Shown piece after piece: positions 18,967 through 27,402 of a stretch of DNA of 64,000 nucleotides (positions within the stretch are counted from its first letter, which is position 1; each line of letters opens with the position of its first letter). Location of the stretch: assembly GCA_026398595.1 (NCBI GenBank), contig JAPLSO010000033.1, positions 25,028 through 89,027 of the forward strand, given 5' to 3'. A program made the position numbers and the translations under genes. The notes under the pieces were generated by a model. It was not told the DNA's origin, searched no databases, and worked only from the letters and a program-made list of their open reading frames with translations. The stretch comes from Spirochaetota bacterium. GTDB taxonomy: Bacteria; Spirochaetota; Spirochaetia; Treponematales; Rectinemataceae.

Positions 18967-20364
18967 TTGGATTCACTCAGGAAACAAGACTCTCTGTTCG
19001 GACCCGCCTCGTTCTATAAAGCCGCTCTTTCCATCGCCGTTCCCGTCATGGTGCAGTCTCTCCTCACAGGGCTCGTCTCCCTCGTCGACAACTTTATGGT
19101 TGCAGCCCTCGGTGACGCCAAGATGGCAGGCGTCAACGTCGCCAACCAGATCAACTTCATCTACATGGTCATCATTAACACGATCTGCATGGCGGGCGGC
19201 ATCTATCTTTCCCAGCACAGGGGGGCGGGCGACAAGGAGGGGATGAAGCAAGCGTTCCGATTCAAGCTTATCCTCGCCATCGCCGTCTCCCTTGTCCATC
19301 TCGTGATATGCATGCTCTTCGCCGAACCGCTTCTAGGGCTGATGCTCGGTGGAAACGCCGGGGGAGGAGAAATCGTCGCCGAGGGGGCGCGTTATCTGAG
19401 AGCGGTCTCACCCAGCTTCCTGTTCATCGGCATCAATGTGGCGATAAGCACGGCCTTCAGGGATACAGGCGTCACGACGATCTCCCTCGTCGTGTCGGTC
19501 TTAGCCGCTCTCACCAATACCTTCTTCAATTGGATTCTCATTTACGGCAACCTGGGCGCGCCGAGGCTCGAAGTGACGGGGGCGGCTATTGCCACCAACA
19601 TGGCGCGATTCGTCGAGATGGGGCTTTTTCTCGCCATGCTCCTGAGGCGAAAGCCCGATTTCTCGATCCGGATAAGGAACCTCTTCAGGATCGATAGAGG
19701 ACTTTTCCGCGCGATCCTCTCGAAGTCGGGGATGATGCTCTTCTCTGAAACGGCATGGGTCATGTCCGAGACCATCATAACCGCCCTCTACAACGGCAGG
19801 GGAGGGGCGGAGACCGTGGCGGGCATGGCGGCGGGCTGGACCATCGCCAACATCATGTTCCTCGCCTTCCCGGGAATACAGGCTATGACGGCCGTCGTCG
19901 TGGGTTCCACTCTGGGCGCTGGCAGGCTCGAGGAAGGGAAACGGAAGGCGCGGTGGGTCATGTCGGGTTCGGTCTTCCTCGGGATCGGCGTTGGCCTCGT
20001 AGCTGCGGCGACGACGTTCATTATCCCTATCGTCTTCGCCAACCTCTCCCCGGCCGCCCGAGGAGTGACGAAAGGCATCGTCTTCGTCATCGCCGCTTAT
20101 CTGCCGCTCTGGTGCCTCCTCAATTCCCAATTCGCCGTCTCGAGGGCAGGCGGTGACACGCTGATGGGCGTCTGGGCCGATGTTGGGGTGAGCTACGCCT
20201 TCTTTATACCCGCGGCAATTATTATAGCTAAAACGACGAATTGGGGGCCTGTCGCGCTTTTTGGTATAGCCAAGCTCTCCGATATACCCAAGATCTTCGT
20301 AGCGGCTTGGTGGCTGCGCAAAGAGCGCTGGGTGAAGAATCTGGCCGTGAAGTCGAAAGTCTGA
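18967..20364 (+). CDS. MATE family efflux transporter
   Basis: 465 aa with about 12 hydrophobic segments. N-terminus FYKAALSIAVPVMVQSLLTGLVSLVDNFMVAALG is typical of MATE/NorM. The start is TTG. Confidence 0.85.
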   Translation: MDSLRKQDSLFGPASFYKAALSIAVPVMVQSLLTGLVSLVDNFMVAALGDAKMAGVNVANQINFIYMVIINTICMAGGIYLSQHRGAGDKEGMKQAFRFKLILAIAVSLVHLVICMLFAEPLLGLMLGGNAGGGEIVAEGARYLRAVSPSFLFIGINVAISTAFRDTGVTTISLVVSVLAALTNTFFNWILIYGNLGAPRLEVTGAAIATNMARFVEMGLFLAMLLRRKPDFSIRIRNLFRIDRGLFRAILSKSGMMLFSETAWVMSETIITALYNGRGGAETVAGMAAGWTIANIMFLAFPGIQAMTAVVVGSTLGAGRLEEGKRKARWVMSGSVFLGIGVGLVAAATTFIIPIVFANLSPAARGVTKGIVFVIAAYLPLWCLLNSQFAVSRAGGDTLMGVWADVGVSYAFFIPAAIIIAKTTNWGPVALFGIAKLSDIPKIFVAAWWLRKERWVKNLAVKSKV

Positions 20365-20400
20365 AAAGGCCGAAACTGTGCAAACTTGGAAATACAATAA

Positions 20401-20445
20401 GCGACCAATGGGAGTCGAACCCACGTGTCTCCAGCATAGAAGGCT
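20401..20445 (-). repeat. Partial copy of the tRNA-Gly 3-prime half (distal att-like direct repeat)
   Basis: gcgaccaatgggagtcgaacccacgtgtctccagcatagaaggct here versus gcgaccgatgggagtcgaacccacgtctccagcttggaaggct at 25764..25806. Same orientation, 3 substitutions and a 2-nt indel. Confidence 0.7.
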
Positions 20446-20687
20446 AACATGATCGCTAGAACACGAAGAATCCGCAACGATACCAGGGTATTCGGTGCAT
20501 TCAAGCATCATTTTACATATCATGGGCCTTTCTAGGCGGGTGTACGTATCATTTAGTCTCTATACTTCATATAGGTCAGGTTGCAACCTTCGTCAGCCTG
20601 TGTTGTGCAGTCGATGAAATTACGGATGAATCCCCGTTTGATGTCCGGATGTTCCTTTCATGCAACAGAGCTCAGGCAGGACCGTAG

Positions 20688-21342
20688 CTATTCGTCACTG
20701 ATTTCCAGATTTAGACGTCCATTTTCAACGTCGAGTAGGATCATATCACCGTTATGCACCGCCGCAAGCGGTCCGCATACAGCCGACTCGGGAGCGACAT
20801 GGAGCACGACCGTGCCGAACGCCCCGCCGCTCGATCGGACAGGCACCGGCGCTGCCGTAGAGACAACCCTCTCTTGAAGAAATTTCTTCAAGAGTCATTT
20901 CGCCGGAGGTATATTTATTCCATAGCACGAAACTGTCGGTTCCACAGGCGAGCGTTTCACCCTTGAAGCTGCCCGGCAGTATAGCTCCTCCCGGCAAAAA
21001 GATAGTGGGTTTATCAGCCGAAACGGCGGTCATTAACTTTGCCGGTATGTTCTTGTCGCAGCCTCCGATCAGCACCACTCCATCAAAGGGATGACGCTCA
21101 ATAAGTTCTTCGGTGGTGATCGACAAGAGATTCCGGTATATCATGCTAAAGCTGTCGAAAAACACTTCGCATATCGACATTGTGTTGACTTCAAGCGGGA
21201 ATCCGCCAGCCGCCCAGACTCCGCGCTTTACCGCTTCGGAAAGCTGGCGGAAATGAACGTGGCCGGGATTCGTTTCTGCCCAGGTATTAATGATGACGAC
21301 AAACGGTTTTTCGATATCCTTGTCGGTATAGACAGCCAGGGA
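20688..21342 (-). pseudogene. IlvD/Edd-family dehydratase remnant (N-terminal ~200 aa plus C-terminal ~65 aa, frameshifted, internally deleted)
   Basis: The minus-strand frame reads SLAVYTDKDIEKPFVVIINTWAETNPGHVHFRQLSEAVKRGVWAAGGFPLEVNTMSI...VVLIGGCDKNIPA. A second frame gives GPLAAVHNGDMILLDVENGRLNLEISDE. Total length is far below the ~570 aa expected. Confidence 0.75.
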
Positions 21343-21795
21343 TCAGGTTAAACCTATCGACTGTTGTATTGAGATCCGGGATGCAGTTGAACAGTCCGGC
21401 CGTATTCCGGCCGTATAGGGGTGGTTTTGTTCCTTGCTGTAAACCTCCTCGACACTCCCATGTTCGATTACTTCTCCTGCATACACAATTGCAATGTTGT
21501 CGCAGAATTCCGCTACGACTCCAAGATCGTTAGTGATCAGGATCATAGCAGAATTGAACTTGTCTTTCAGGATGCGCATCAGTTCAAGTATCTGTGCCTG
21601 AATCGTCACGTCCAGCGCAGTGGTCGGCTCATCGGCCAATAGCAACTCCGGCTCCGCGATCAGTGCCATCGTAATCACGACGCGCTGTTTCATACCGCCG
21701 GAAAACTGATGCGGATATTTGTTTTTCCTGGATGCGGGGAGGCCGACCATCTTCAGCATTTCATCCACCAGGTTTTTCTTTTCCCTCCTTGTCAT
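21343..21795 (-). pseudogene. Opp/Dpp-type ABC transporter ATP-binding protein fragment (Walker A region missing)
   Basis: YPHQFSGGMKQRVVITMALIAEPELLLADEPTTALD (signature plus Walker B) and HPYTAG are present. There is no GxxGxGKS upstream, and an in-frame TAG lies just 5-prime. Confidence 0.75.
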
Positions 21796-21965
21796 GTCCG
21801 GATCATGCAGGTCGATGATTTTGAGGATTTGGCTGCCGACCGTCTATTCGGCGTAGGTATCGGAGGGAATCTCGTTAACACTGCCTGTATCGGCAGCGGG
21901 CAATACGGCAGGATCACCGACATGGCGCATGCGCTGAAAGAAGCCGTTATGAGAGGGGAACGGAA

Positions 21966-22902
21966 ATGAAGAAAAGAGTTGTGACGTTCGGAGAAATCTT
22001 GCTTCGGCTCAATCCCGAAGGATACTATCGCCTGGTGCAGTCGGACCGGTTTGAGGTCAGCTATTTGGGATGAGAAGCCAATGTCGCGGTTTCGCTTGCA
22101 CAATTCGGCGTGGATTCGGATTTTGTCACCAAGCTGCCGGATCACGAGATTGGCCAGAGTGCCGTCAACGCGTTGCGCCGGTTCGGTGTCGGTACCGACA
22201 GGATCATATGCGGAGGGCCGAGACTCGGTATTTATTTTGTGGGAAAAGGCGCTTAGCAGCGCGCCTCCAAGGTCCTCTACGATCAGGCAAATTCATCGAT
22301 CGCGCTCGCAAATTCCTCGGATTTTGACTGGATTCCATTTTTAACGGCGCGGACTGGTTCCACTTCACGGGTATTACCCCGGCTCTCGGCGGACAGTTGC
22401 CGGAAATTTGCAAATCGGCCTGTGAAGCGGCGAAAGCTCACGGGGCGACCATCAGCTGCGATCTCAATTACCGGAAGAAACTCTGGTCGAACGAACAAGC
22501 CGGAAGATGGATGTACAAGCCGGTGAACTCAACCGCGAAGGTTACATCAGCGTTGCGAAACAGCTATCCAATAGATTCAACTTTAAAAAAGTCGCAATCA
22601 CGCTTAGAAGCAGCATATCCGCATCCGATAATGACTGGTCCGGCATGCTGTTTTCCGAAGGAAAAGCGTTTTTTAATCCAACCTACCGGCTCCTAATTGT
22701 CGATCGTGTTGGCGGCGGCGACAGCTTCGGCAGCGGTCTGATCTACAGTCAGCTTAAGGAAATGGACAACCAGCAGGCGATCGACTTTGCCGTTGCGGCC
22801 TCCTGCCTGAAACACAGCATCGAACATGACTTTAGCCTTGTTTCCGAGTCCGAAGTGCTATCACTTGCAAAGGGAAACGCATCGGGCAGGGTTCAGCGTT
22901 AA
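21966..22902 (+). pseudogene. kdgK: 2-dehydro-3-deoxygluconokinase (PfkB family) pseudogene
   Basis: MKKRVVTFGEILLRLNPEGY...SYLG*EANVAVSLAQFG...GIYFVGKGA*QRASKVLYD. Then WFHFTGITPAL...ISCDLNYRKKLWS follows in a second frame. VDRVGGGDSFGSGLIYSQL...GNASGRVQR follows in a third. At least 2 in-frame stops and 2 frameshifts. Confidence 0.75.
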
Positions 22903-23163
22903 TTTGCTACCGTATTATGAAGATGTCGGGAGTATTGCAGTGTTCCTCATCATATTGACTGTTGTAGGTTTTATTTCTACCTGTGTGTGGGGATTGTTTG
23001 GATCTGTTTTTTAAGAGTATTTCGTGAAAGAAAGAAACTGGTAGATATTGTAATGGCATTACTGCTTGTATACTATACAATAAGCCTTGCTCTTAGTAGC
23101 CGGGCTCATAGAAATAGGTATTCCGGTAAATCCAGGGCGGTTCATCATAACGGGAGGCGAAAG

Positions 23164-24813
23164 ATGAAGAGGAACGGATTTAAATCGATCTGTTTACTGG
23201 CGTCTTTTTTCGCCCTGTGCCTAGGTTGCCAAAGCCCGCCAAGAAACGAAGGCGCGGCTTCGCTATCTCTTGCTCCTGTGGATAAAAATTCTATAAGCAA
23301 CGCGGTCAGGCTTTATGACTATCTAGTATCATTGCCTCAGAGAACCACGAAAAAGTATCTATCCTGTCAGTTCTTTGGGACGGAGCCGGCGTATATCGGA
23401 TTCGACAACAATGTCCGGGCATTGTACGAGGAGACTGACGAATGGCCTGCTATGATAGGCGTAGATTACATCGGCGGACGGGAAAATCCTGATTTTGTTG
23501 ATACCGAAGGGAAGACGAATACGCTCGCGATGTATTGGCTCGAGGGGGGGCTCACTACTGTCACGCTCCATGTCGGGAATCCTTGGTCCGGAGGCGATGC
23601 CTTGTCTCGAAGTTTCATGGGAGGGAAATATGAGGATTCATATACTCCCGGTACCAAAGCGTATGGAAACTTGAAGGTAGTCTTCGATAGAATTGCCGAT
23701 GAGTTCTTGAAGCTCCAAAAAATCGGTTGCGTTGTTTTATTTCGACCATTTCACGAGATGAACGGTCAGTGGTTCTGGTGGTATACCCCAGACCCCTCGA
23801 AATTCAAACAACTCTGGCGGTATTGGCAGAATTACCTCACGAATGAACGAGGCGTCCACAACCTTCTCTATGTTTTCTCCCCCAACGCTATGTGGGATTA
23901 TCAGCGCCACGAGGATCCCAATTACATCATCCATGGCTTGCCTTATGATTATTATCCGGGCAACGAGTCAGTGGATATCGTAAGCCTCGATGTCTATTAC
24001 GATGACCCGTATTCGATGCCCATCGAGAATTATGTGGATTTACTGAAATACGGTAAGCCATTTGCCATGGGCGAGCTCGGAAGGGACTTGAACAATCTGC
24101 CCAACACGAGGCAGTGGGATCAAACCATTCAGATCAGGGCCTTGAATGACAAGTATCCGAAGACGGTCTTTTGGCAAAGCTGGGGCTCCTGGAAACCAAT
24201 CGGCAATATGGCCATAGTAGATTTACCTAACGCTGAATCCTTGATGAGGGATCCCTCGGTAATCACAAGAGCCGATGTGCTGTTCGAGAAAGATGCATCT
24301 CCTGAGGAATCCGATGTAGCCGGGTATCCGCTCGGCCCCAATGCCGTTAACGCAATTGATTCACAGGAAATATTTGTACATACGGGCGAGGCGATAGGCC
24401 GGAGATGGAAGTTTACCGAGGTCGACCCAGGCTCTCGATGGAATGAGCCATCCTTTGATGATTCGCAATGGAAGAAAGGTATGTCTCCATTTGGCTCACC
24501 ATGGATTAAAAACGCATTCCCCAGAACAGACTGGCGTTCTGAAGATATATGGCTGAGGAAAGTTTTCGATAATGATTTTTCCGCTGGTGGAACGCTGGTT
24601 CTAAAAGTATTTCATGACGATGATGCGGAATGTTACCTGAATGGAATACTGGTTGCAGCCCTGAAAGGGTACAAAGACGAGTATATTGAGGTTGAATTGA
24701 GCGATGGCATCAGAAAACTTATAAAATCCAAGGGCAATATTCTTGCGCTTCACTGTTGGAATGAGAATAAATGGGGTGCGAACGTTGATGCCGGTCTATA
24801 CATTCGGCGATGA
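23164..24813 (+). CDS. Glycoside hydrolase family 26 (beta-mannanase-like) lipoprotein with C-terminal jelly-roll sugar-binding-like domain
   Basis: From ATG 23164: MKRNGFKSICLLASFFALCLGC (lipobox). FRPFHEMNGQWFWW is the GH26 catalytic-region motif. The C-terminus reads WNEPSFDDSQWKKG...WLRKVF...LKVFHDDDAECYLNG. The ORF track opens earlier, at 22987. Confidence 0.8.
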   Translation: MKRNGFKSICLLASFFALCLGCQSPPRNEGAASLSLAPVDKNSISNAVRLYDYLVSLPQRTTKKYLSCQFFGTEPAYIGFDNNVRALYEETDEWPAMIGVDYIGGRENPDFVDTEGKTNTLAMYWLEGGLTTVTLHVGNPWSGGDALSRSFMGGKYEDSYTPGTKAYGNLKVVFDRIADEFLKLQKIGCVVLFRPFHEMNGQWFWWYTPDPSKFKQLWRYWQNYLTNERGVHNLLYVFSPNAMWDYQRHEDPNYIIHGLPYDYYPGNESVDIVSLDVYYDDPYSMPIENYVDLLKYGKPFAMGELGRDLNNLPNTRQWDQTIQIRALNDKYPKTVFWQSWGSWKPIGNMAIVDLPNAESLMRDPSVITRADVLFEKDASPEESDVAGYPLGPNAVNAIDSQEIFVHTGEAIGRRWKFTEVDPGSRWNEPSFDDSQWKKGMSPFGSPWIKNAFPRTDWRSEDIWLRKVFDNDFSAGGTLVLKVFHDDDAECYLNGILVAALKGYKDEYIEVELSDGIRKLIKSKGNILALHCWNENKWGANVDAGLYIRR

Positions 24814-25144
24814 TGTACGGGGTTGAGGCTGTAACAGGTTGTATTTACTACTTTTACCTCGCCGTTGCTATGCCGATTCATTGTGCGTTTTGGCATACAT
24901 CTCATATTCAGACGATACAGTGAACATTCAGGACAGTAATTGAGTGTTTTAACGCTCTGATATGGAAGCTCGTAAAGTGTGTGCTCCTTGTAGATGCCTA
25001 AACAAAATTGGGAGAAGCTAAAAGTTATTTAGGAAATATTGCCAATGTTTTTTGTGTTCATTTTAGGCAATGTCCAAAGAAGTTTGCAATTTGGAATATT
25101 GAAAAAGGCCATCAGGAACTCCAAGATTTAGTTTGACTACCCAA

Positions 25145-25483
25145 TCAGCCCGCTTTTTGCGCTTTTTCAACGATTTTGTTTATAAATCTCTTAGCTTTCT
25201 TGAAATAGATCACTTCAGGATGGGAGTAGATTTCAGTAGTGGAGGCATTCTTATGGCCAACAAAGCTCTGTACCGTAAAATTTGGTTCACCATTTGCCCG
25301 AGAGGTCGATACATAGGTGTGTCGTAATGAATGGAAGACGATGTTCTTGCCTACCTGCAGTTCTCTTGAATTTTCAATTTCCACAAGCATTCTTTTGAGA
25401 ACCTGCCTTAAATACACCTCTGTGACAGGTTTCATTTTGCTCCGAAAGTTATAGATCACAAAATTCTGGGAAGCTTTGGGCAT
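25145..25483 (-). pseudogene. Tyrosine recombinase/integrase C-terminal fragment
   Basis: IVFHSLRHTYVS...SFVGHKNASTTEIYSH contains the HxxR, H and catalytic Y of phage-type integrases. It is only 112 aa. The N-terminal core-binding and first-Arg region is absent, and the upstream frame is closed by a stop. Confidence 0.7.
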
Positions 25484-25762
25484 TCCTTGTATATTATTGC
25501 GCGGAAGGAGTTTGCTTCCGTTGTGCTTTTGCCTTTACATAGTCTGATACGGTGACATCTGGATTGAGGAAGGGGCTATGAATCGCTTGGTGCCGCAGGG
25601 AAGGGTTCTGGTGACGATGAAGAAGAGTGAGACCGCCATAGGGACCTCCTGTGAAAGGCCCTGATACCGCTATGCATCATTTTGCGTATCACTGGCGGTT
25701 TAAGGAAAAACGGTGAAACACCGGTTTTCCTTAAATTTTTACGCTGCAAAGACTTGTGATTG

Positions 25763-25834
25763 AGCGACCGATGGGAGTCGAACCCACGTCTCCAGCTTGG
25801 AAGGCTGGGGTAATAGCCGTTATACGACGGTCGC
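25763..25834 (-). tRNA. tRNA-Gly (anticodon UCC)
   Basis: The reverse complement is GCGACCGTCGTATAACGGCTATTACCCCAGCCTTCCAAGCTGGAGACGTGGGTTCGACTCCCATCGGTCGCT. It forms a cloverleaf with anticodon loop CUUCCAA and T-loop TTCGACT. It closely resembles E. coli tRNA-Gly(UCC). CCA is not encoded. Confidence 0.9.
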
Positions 25835-26197
25835 GATGTCGATCTGTCGCTTCACGCGACAGGGAATCAAAGGTAACCGTCGGTAACTGGCGGGTTCCTC
25901 GGAATTCTCCACCTGAAAAGCAAGTCATTGATAGCCATTCGAGAGGTCTTTGTCAAGGCCGGAGTCCCCGCGGACTTTACGCCGAGTCCGGTCTGGAAAA
26001 TGGGGTGAGGACGAAGAAGCCCCAGAGTGTGGATGTCAGGGAGCCTGAATAGTTACTGCTCCTCAGGGGCGACGGTCTACCTGCATGTCGCGACGCATTC
26101 GATATGATTGACGGAAAAGTATATAGAAGTTATAAAGGTTGGGACCGAAAGGGGAATTGTCGTTGTAGATACGTCTGAAATATAAGGGATACTCCAT

Positions 26198-26821
26198 ATG
26201 GAACTGCAAGTCCAAGAGCTTCTTGAGCGGATCAGGGCGGATGGCGTAAACGTCGCGAAGGTTGAGGCCTCGGCTATCAAGGCCCGAGCCGAGGAAGAGG
26301 CGAGGGCTCTGGTAGCCAACGCTGAAATTCGCGCCAAGGCGAGGGAAGCCGAGGCTGAGGCGAGGATAGCCACTATGGAGAAGGCAGCCGAGATGACCCT
26401 ATCCCAGGCGTCGCGGGACGCCATCCTCTCCCTGCGTCAGAAGGTACAGGCCTTCATGGAGGAAGTCGTCAGGGCTGAAGCCTCCCAAGTATTCGACGCC
26501 GCCTTTCTCGCATCCAACCTTCCCGAGCTTTTAAAGGCTATGGGCAGCGAAGGGAAGGGCGATTTGACTGTCCTTCTGTCCGAGAAGAGCCTCAAATCCT
26601 TGGACGCGGCCCTCGCGGGAAGACTCGCCAGGGAACTGGGAAGGGGAGTCGAGTTCAAACCTTTCGCAGGTTTGGACGCAGGCTTCAGGATCGCCTTCAG
26701 TGGTTCCGCTGTACAGTATGACTTTTCCGCCCAGGCCCTCGCTTCGATCCTTTCGGCGCGGATGGGAGAAAACCTTGCCTCCAGCCTGAAAATAGCTGCT
26801 AAAAAGCTCGAGCGGGCCTGA
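26198..26821 (+). CDS. atpE: V-type ATP synthase subunit E
   Basis: 207 aa with a coiled-coil N-terminus rich in A/E/R/K, followed by a globular C-terminus. It is the first gene of the V-ATPase operon. Confidence 0.8.
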   Translation: MELQVQELLERIRADGVNVAKVEASAIKARAEEEARALVANAEIRAKAREAEAEARIATMEKAAEMTLSQASRDAILSLRQKVQAFMEEVVRAEASQVFDAAFLASNLPELLKAMGSEGKGDLTVLLSEKSLKSLDAALAGRLARELGRGVEFKPFAGLDAGFRIAFSGSAVQYDFSAQALASILSARMGENLASSLKIAAKKLERA

Positions 26822-27402
26822 TGCGATACTGGTACTTCGCATCGACCCTGCCGGGCTTCCTCTTCGGCGCCCAGCCTCCTTTTAGCGAAGCCGAGTTTCT
26901 GGGTCGCTGTGAGCATTTGCTTGACCCTGTGGACTACGCAGAAATTGAGTCCTGCGTCGACCGGCTCCTCGCCCTCGGCGAGCCTTTACCGACCCAGTCG
27001 GCCTTTCTCGGGCAGTTCATCGCCTGGGAGAGAAGCTTCAGGCGTCAATTGGCAATGCTCAGGGCTCAGGCTGCCGGAAAGGACTTCTCTCGATATCTTA
27101 TCGGGTTCGCCCTGGCCGAGGGCGCGGTCCAGGCTGCTGCCTCCTGCTTCGCCTCGACGGACCCTTACCAGGCTGAAATCGCTTTCGAAAGGGAACGTTG
27201 GTCGGCAGCGGAGAGATTTTCGGTCTTCTCGACCTTTGATCTCGACTTCATCGCTGCGTACCGAATCAAGCTGAACGTGGCTTGCAGACTAGCCCGCCTC
27301 GACAAGGCGAGGGGTGTGGCGGGCTACAGGCGTCTCTACGACGAAATCCTAGGCGGAGCCCCCGGCGCCGTCGAAACACTAACCTCCGGAGCGCAAGCAT
27401 GA
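26821..27402 (+). CDS. V-ATPase operon protein in the subunit-C position (DUF2764-like)
   Basis: Translationally coupled at both ends (TGATG and ATGA). It occupies the same position as the uncharacterised gene between atpE and atpA in Borrelia/Treponema operons. No catalytic motif seen. Confidence 0.55.
   Translation: MRYWYFASTLPGFLFGAQPPFSEAEFLGRCEHLLDPVDYAEIESCVDRLLALGEPLPTQSAFLGQFIAWERSFRRQLAMLRAQAAGKDFSRYLIGFALAEGAVQAAASCFASTDPYQAEIAFERERWSAAERFSVFSTFDLDFIAAYRIKLNVACRLARLDKARGVAGYRRLYDEILGGAPGAVETLTSGAQA

Larger units (their letters stand above)
20401..25762. mobile_element. Degraded integrative island inserted at the 3-prime end of tRNA-Gly(UCC)
   Basis: Bounded by the tRNA and the copy of its 3-prime half. 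An integrase fragment sits next to the tRNA. The interior is visibly more A/T-rich than the flanks and contains three pseudogenes plus one intact GH26 gene. Confidence 0.65.

Noticed and set aside
20401-20456. The tRNA-Gly half-copy can be extended to a 56-nt molecule. Its ends (GCGATCA/TGGTCGC) pair like an acceptor stem and its loop would read anticodon UCU, making it a D-arm-less mini-tRNA.
   Set aside because: Bacterial tRNAs are not known to lack the D-arm, and the putative anticodon stem needs two G-U pairs. Its similarity to the neighbouring tRNA-Gly makes an att-site duplicate the simpler explanation.
19501-20523. 340-aa minus-strand ORF covering the 3-prime half of the MATE gene and the spacer beyond it.
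   Set aside because: It is Arg/Gly/Pro/Asp-rich, antisense to a 12-TM transporter, and runs through the tRNA-Gly repeat. It is judged spurious.
25702-25732. Strong hairpin aaggaaaaacggtg-aaa-caccggttttcctt, 30 nt beyond the 3-prime end of tRNA-Gly, considered as the tRNA terminator.
   Set aside because: On the tRNA (minus) strand it is followed by aaaccgcc rather than a U-tract, and on the plus strand there is no upstream gene to terminate. It is left unassigned and may be island-borne.
26077-26424. 115-aa minus-strand ORF overlapping the atpE start region.
   Set aside because: It is Ala/Ser-rich and antisense to the Ala/Glu-rich coiled-coil coding sequence of atpE, with no independent support.
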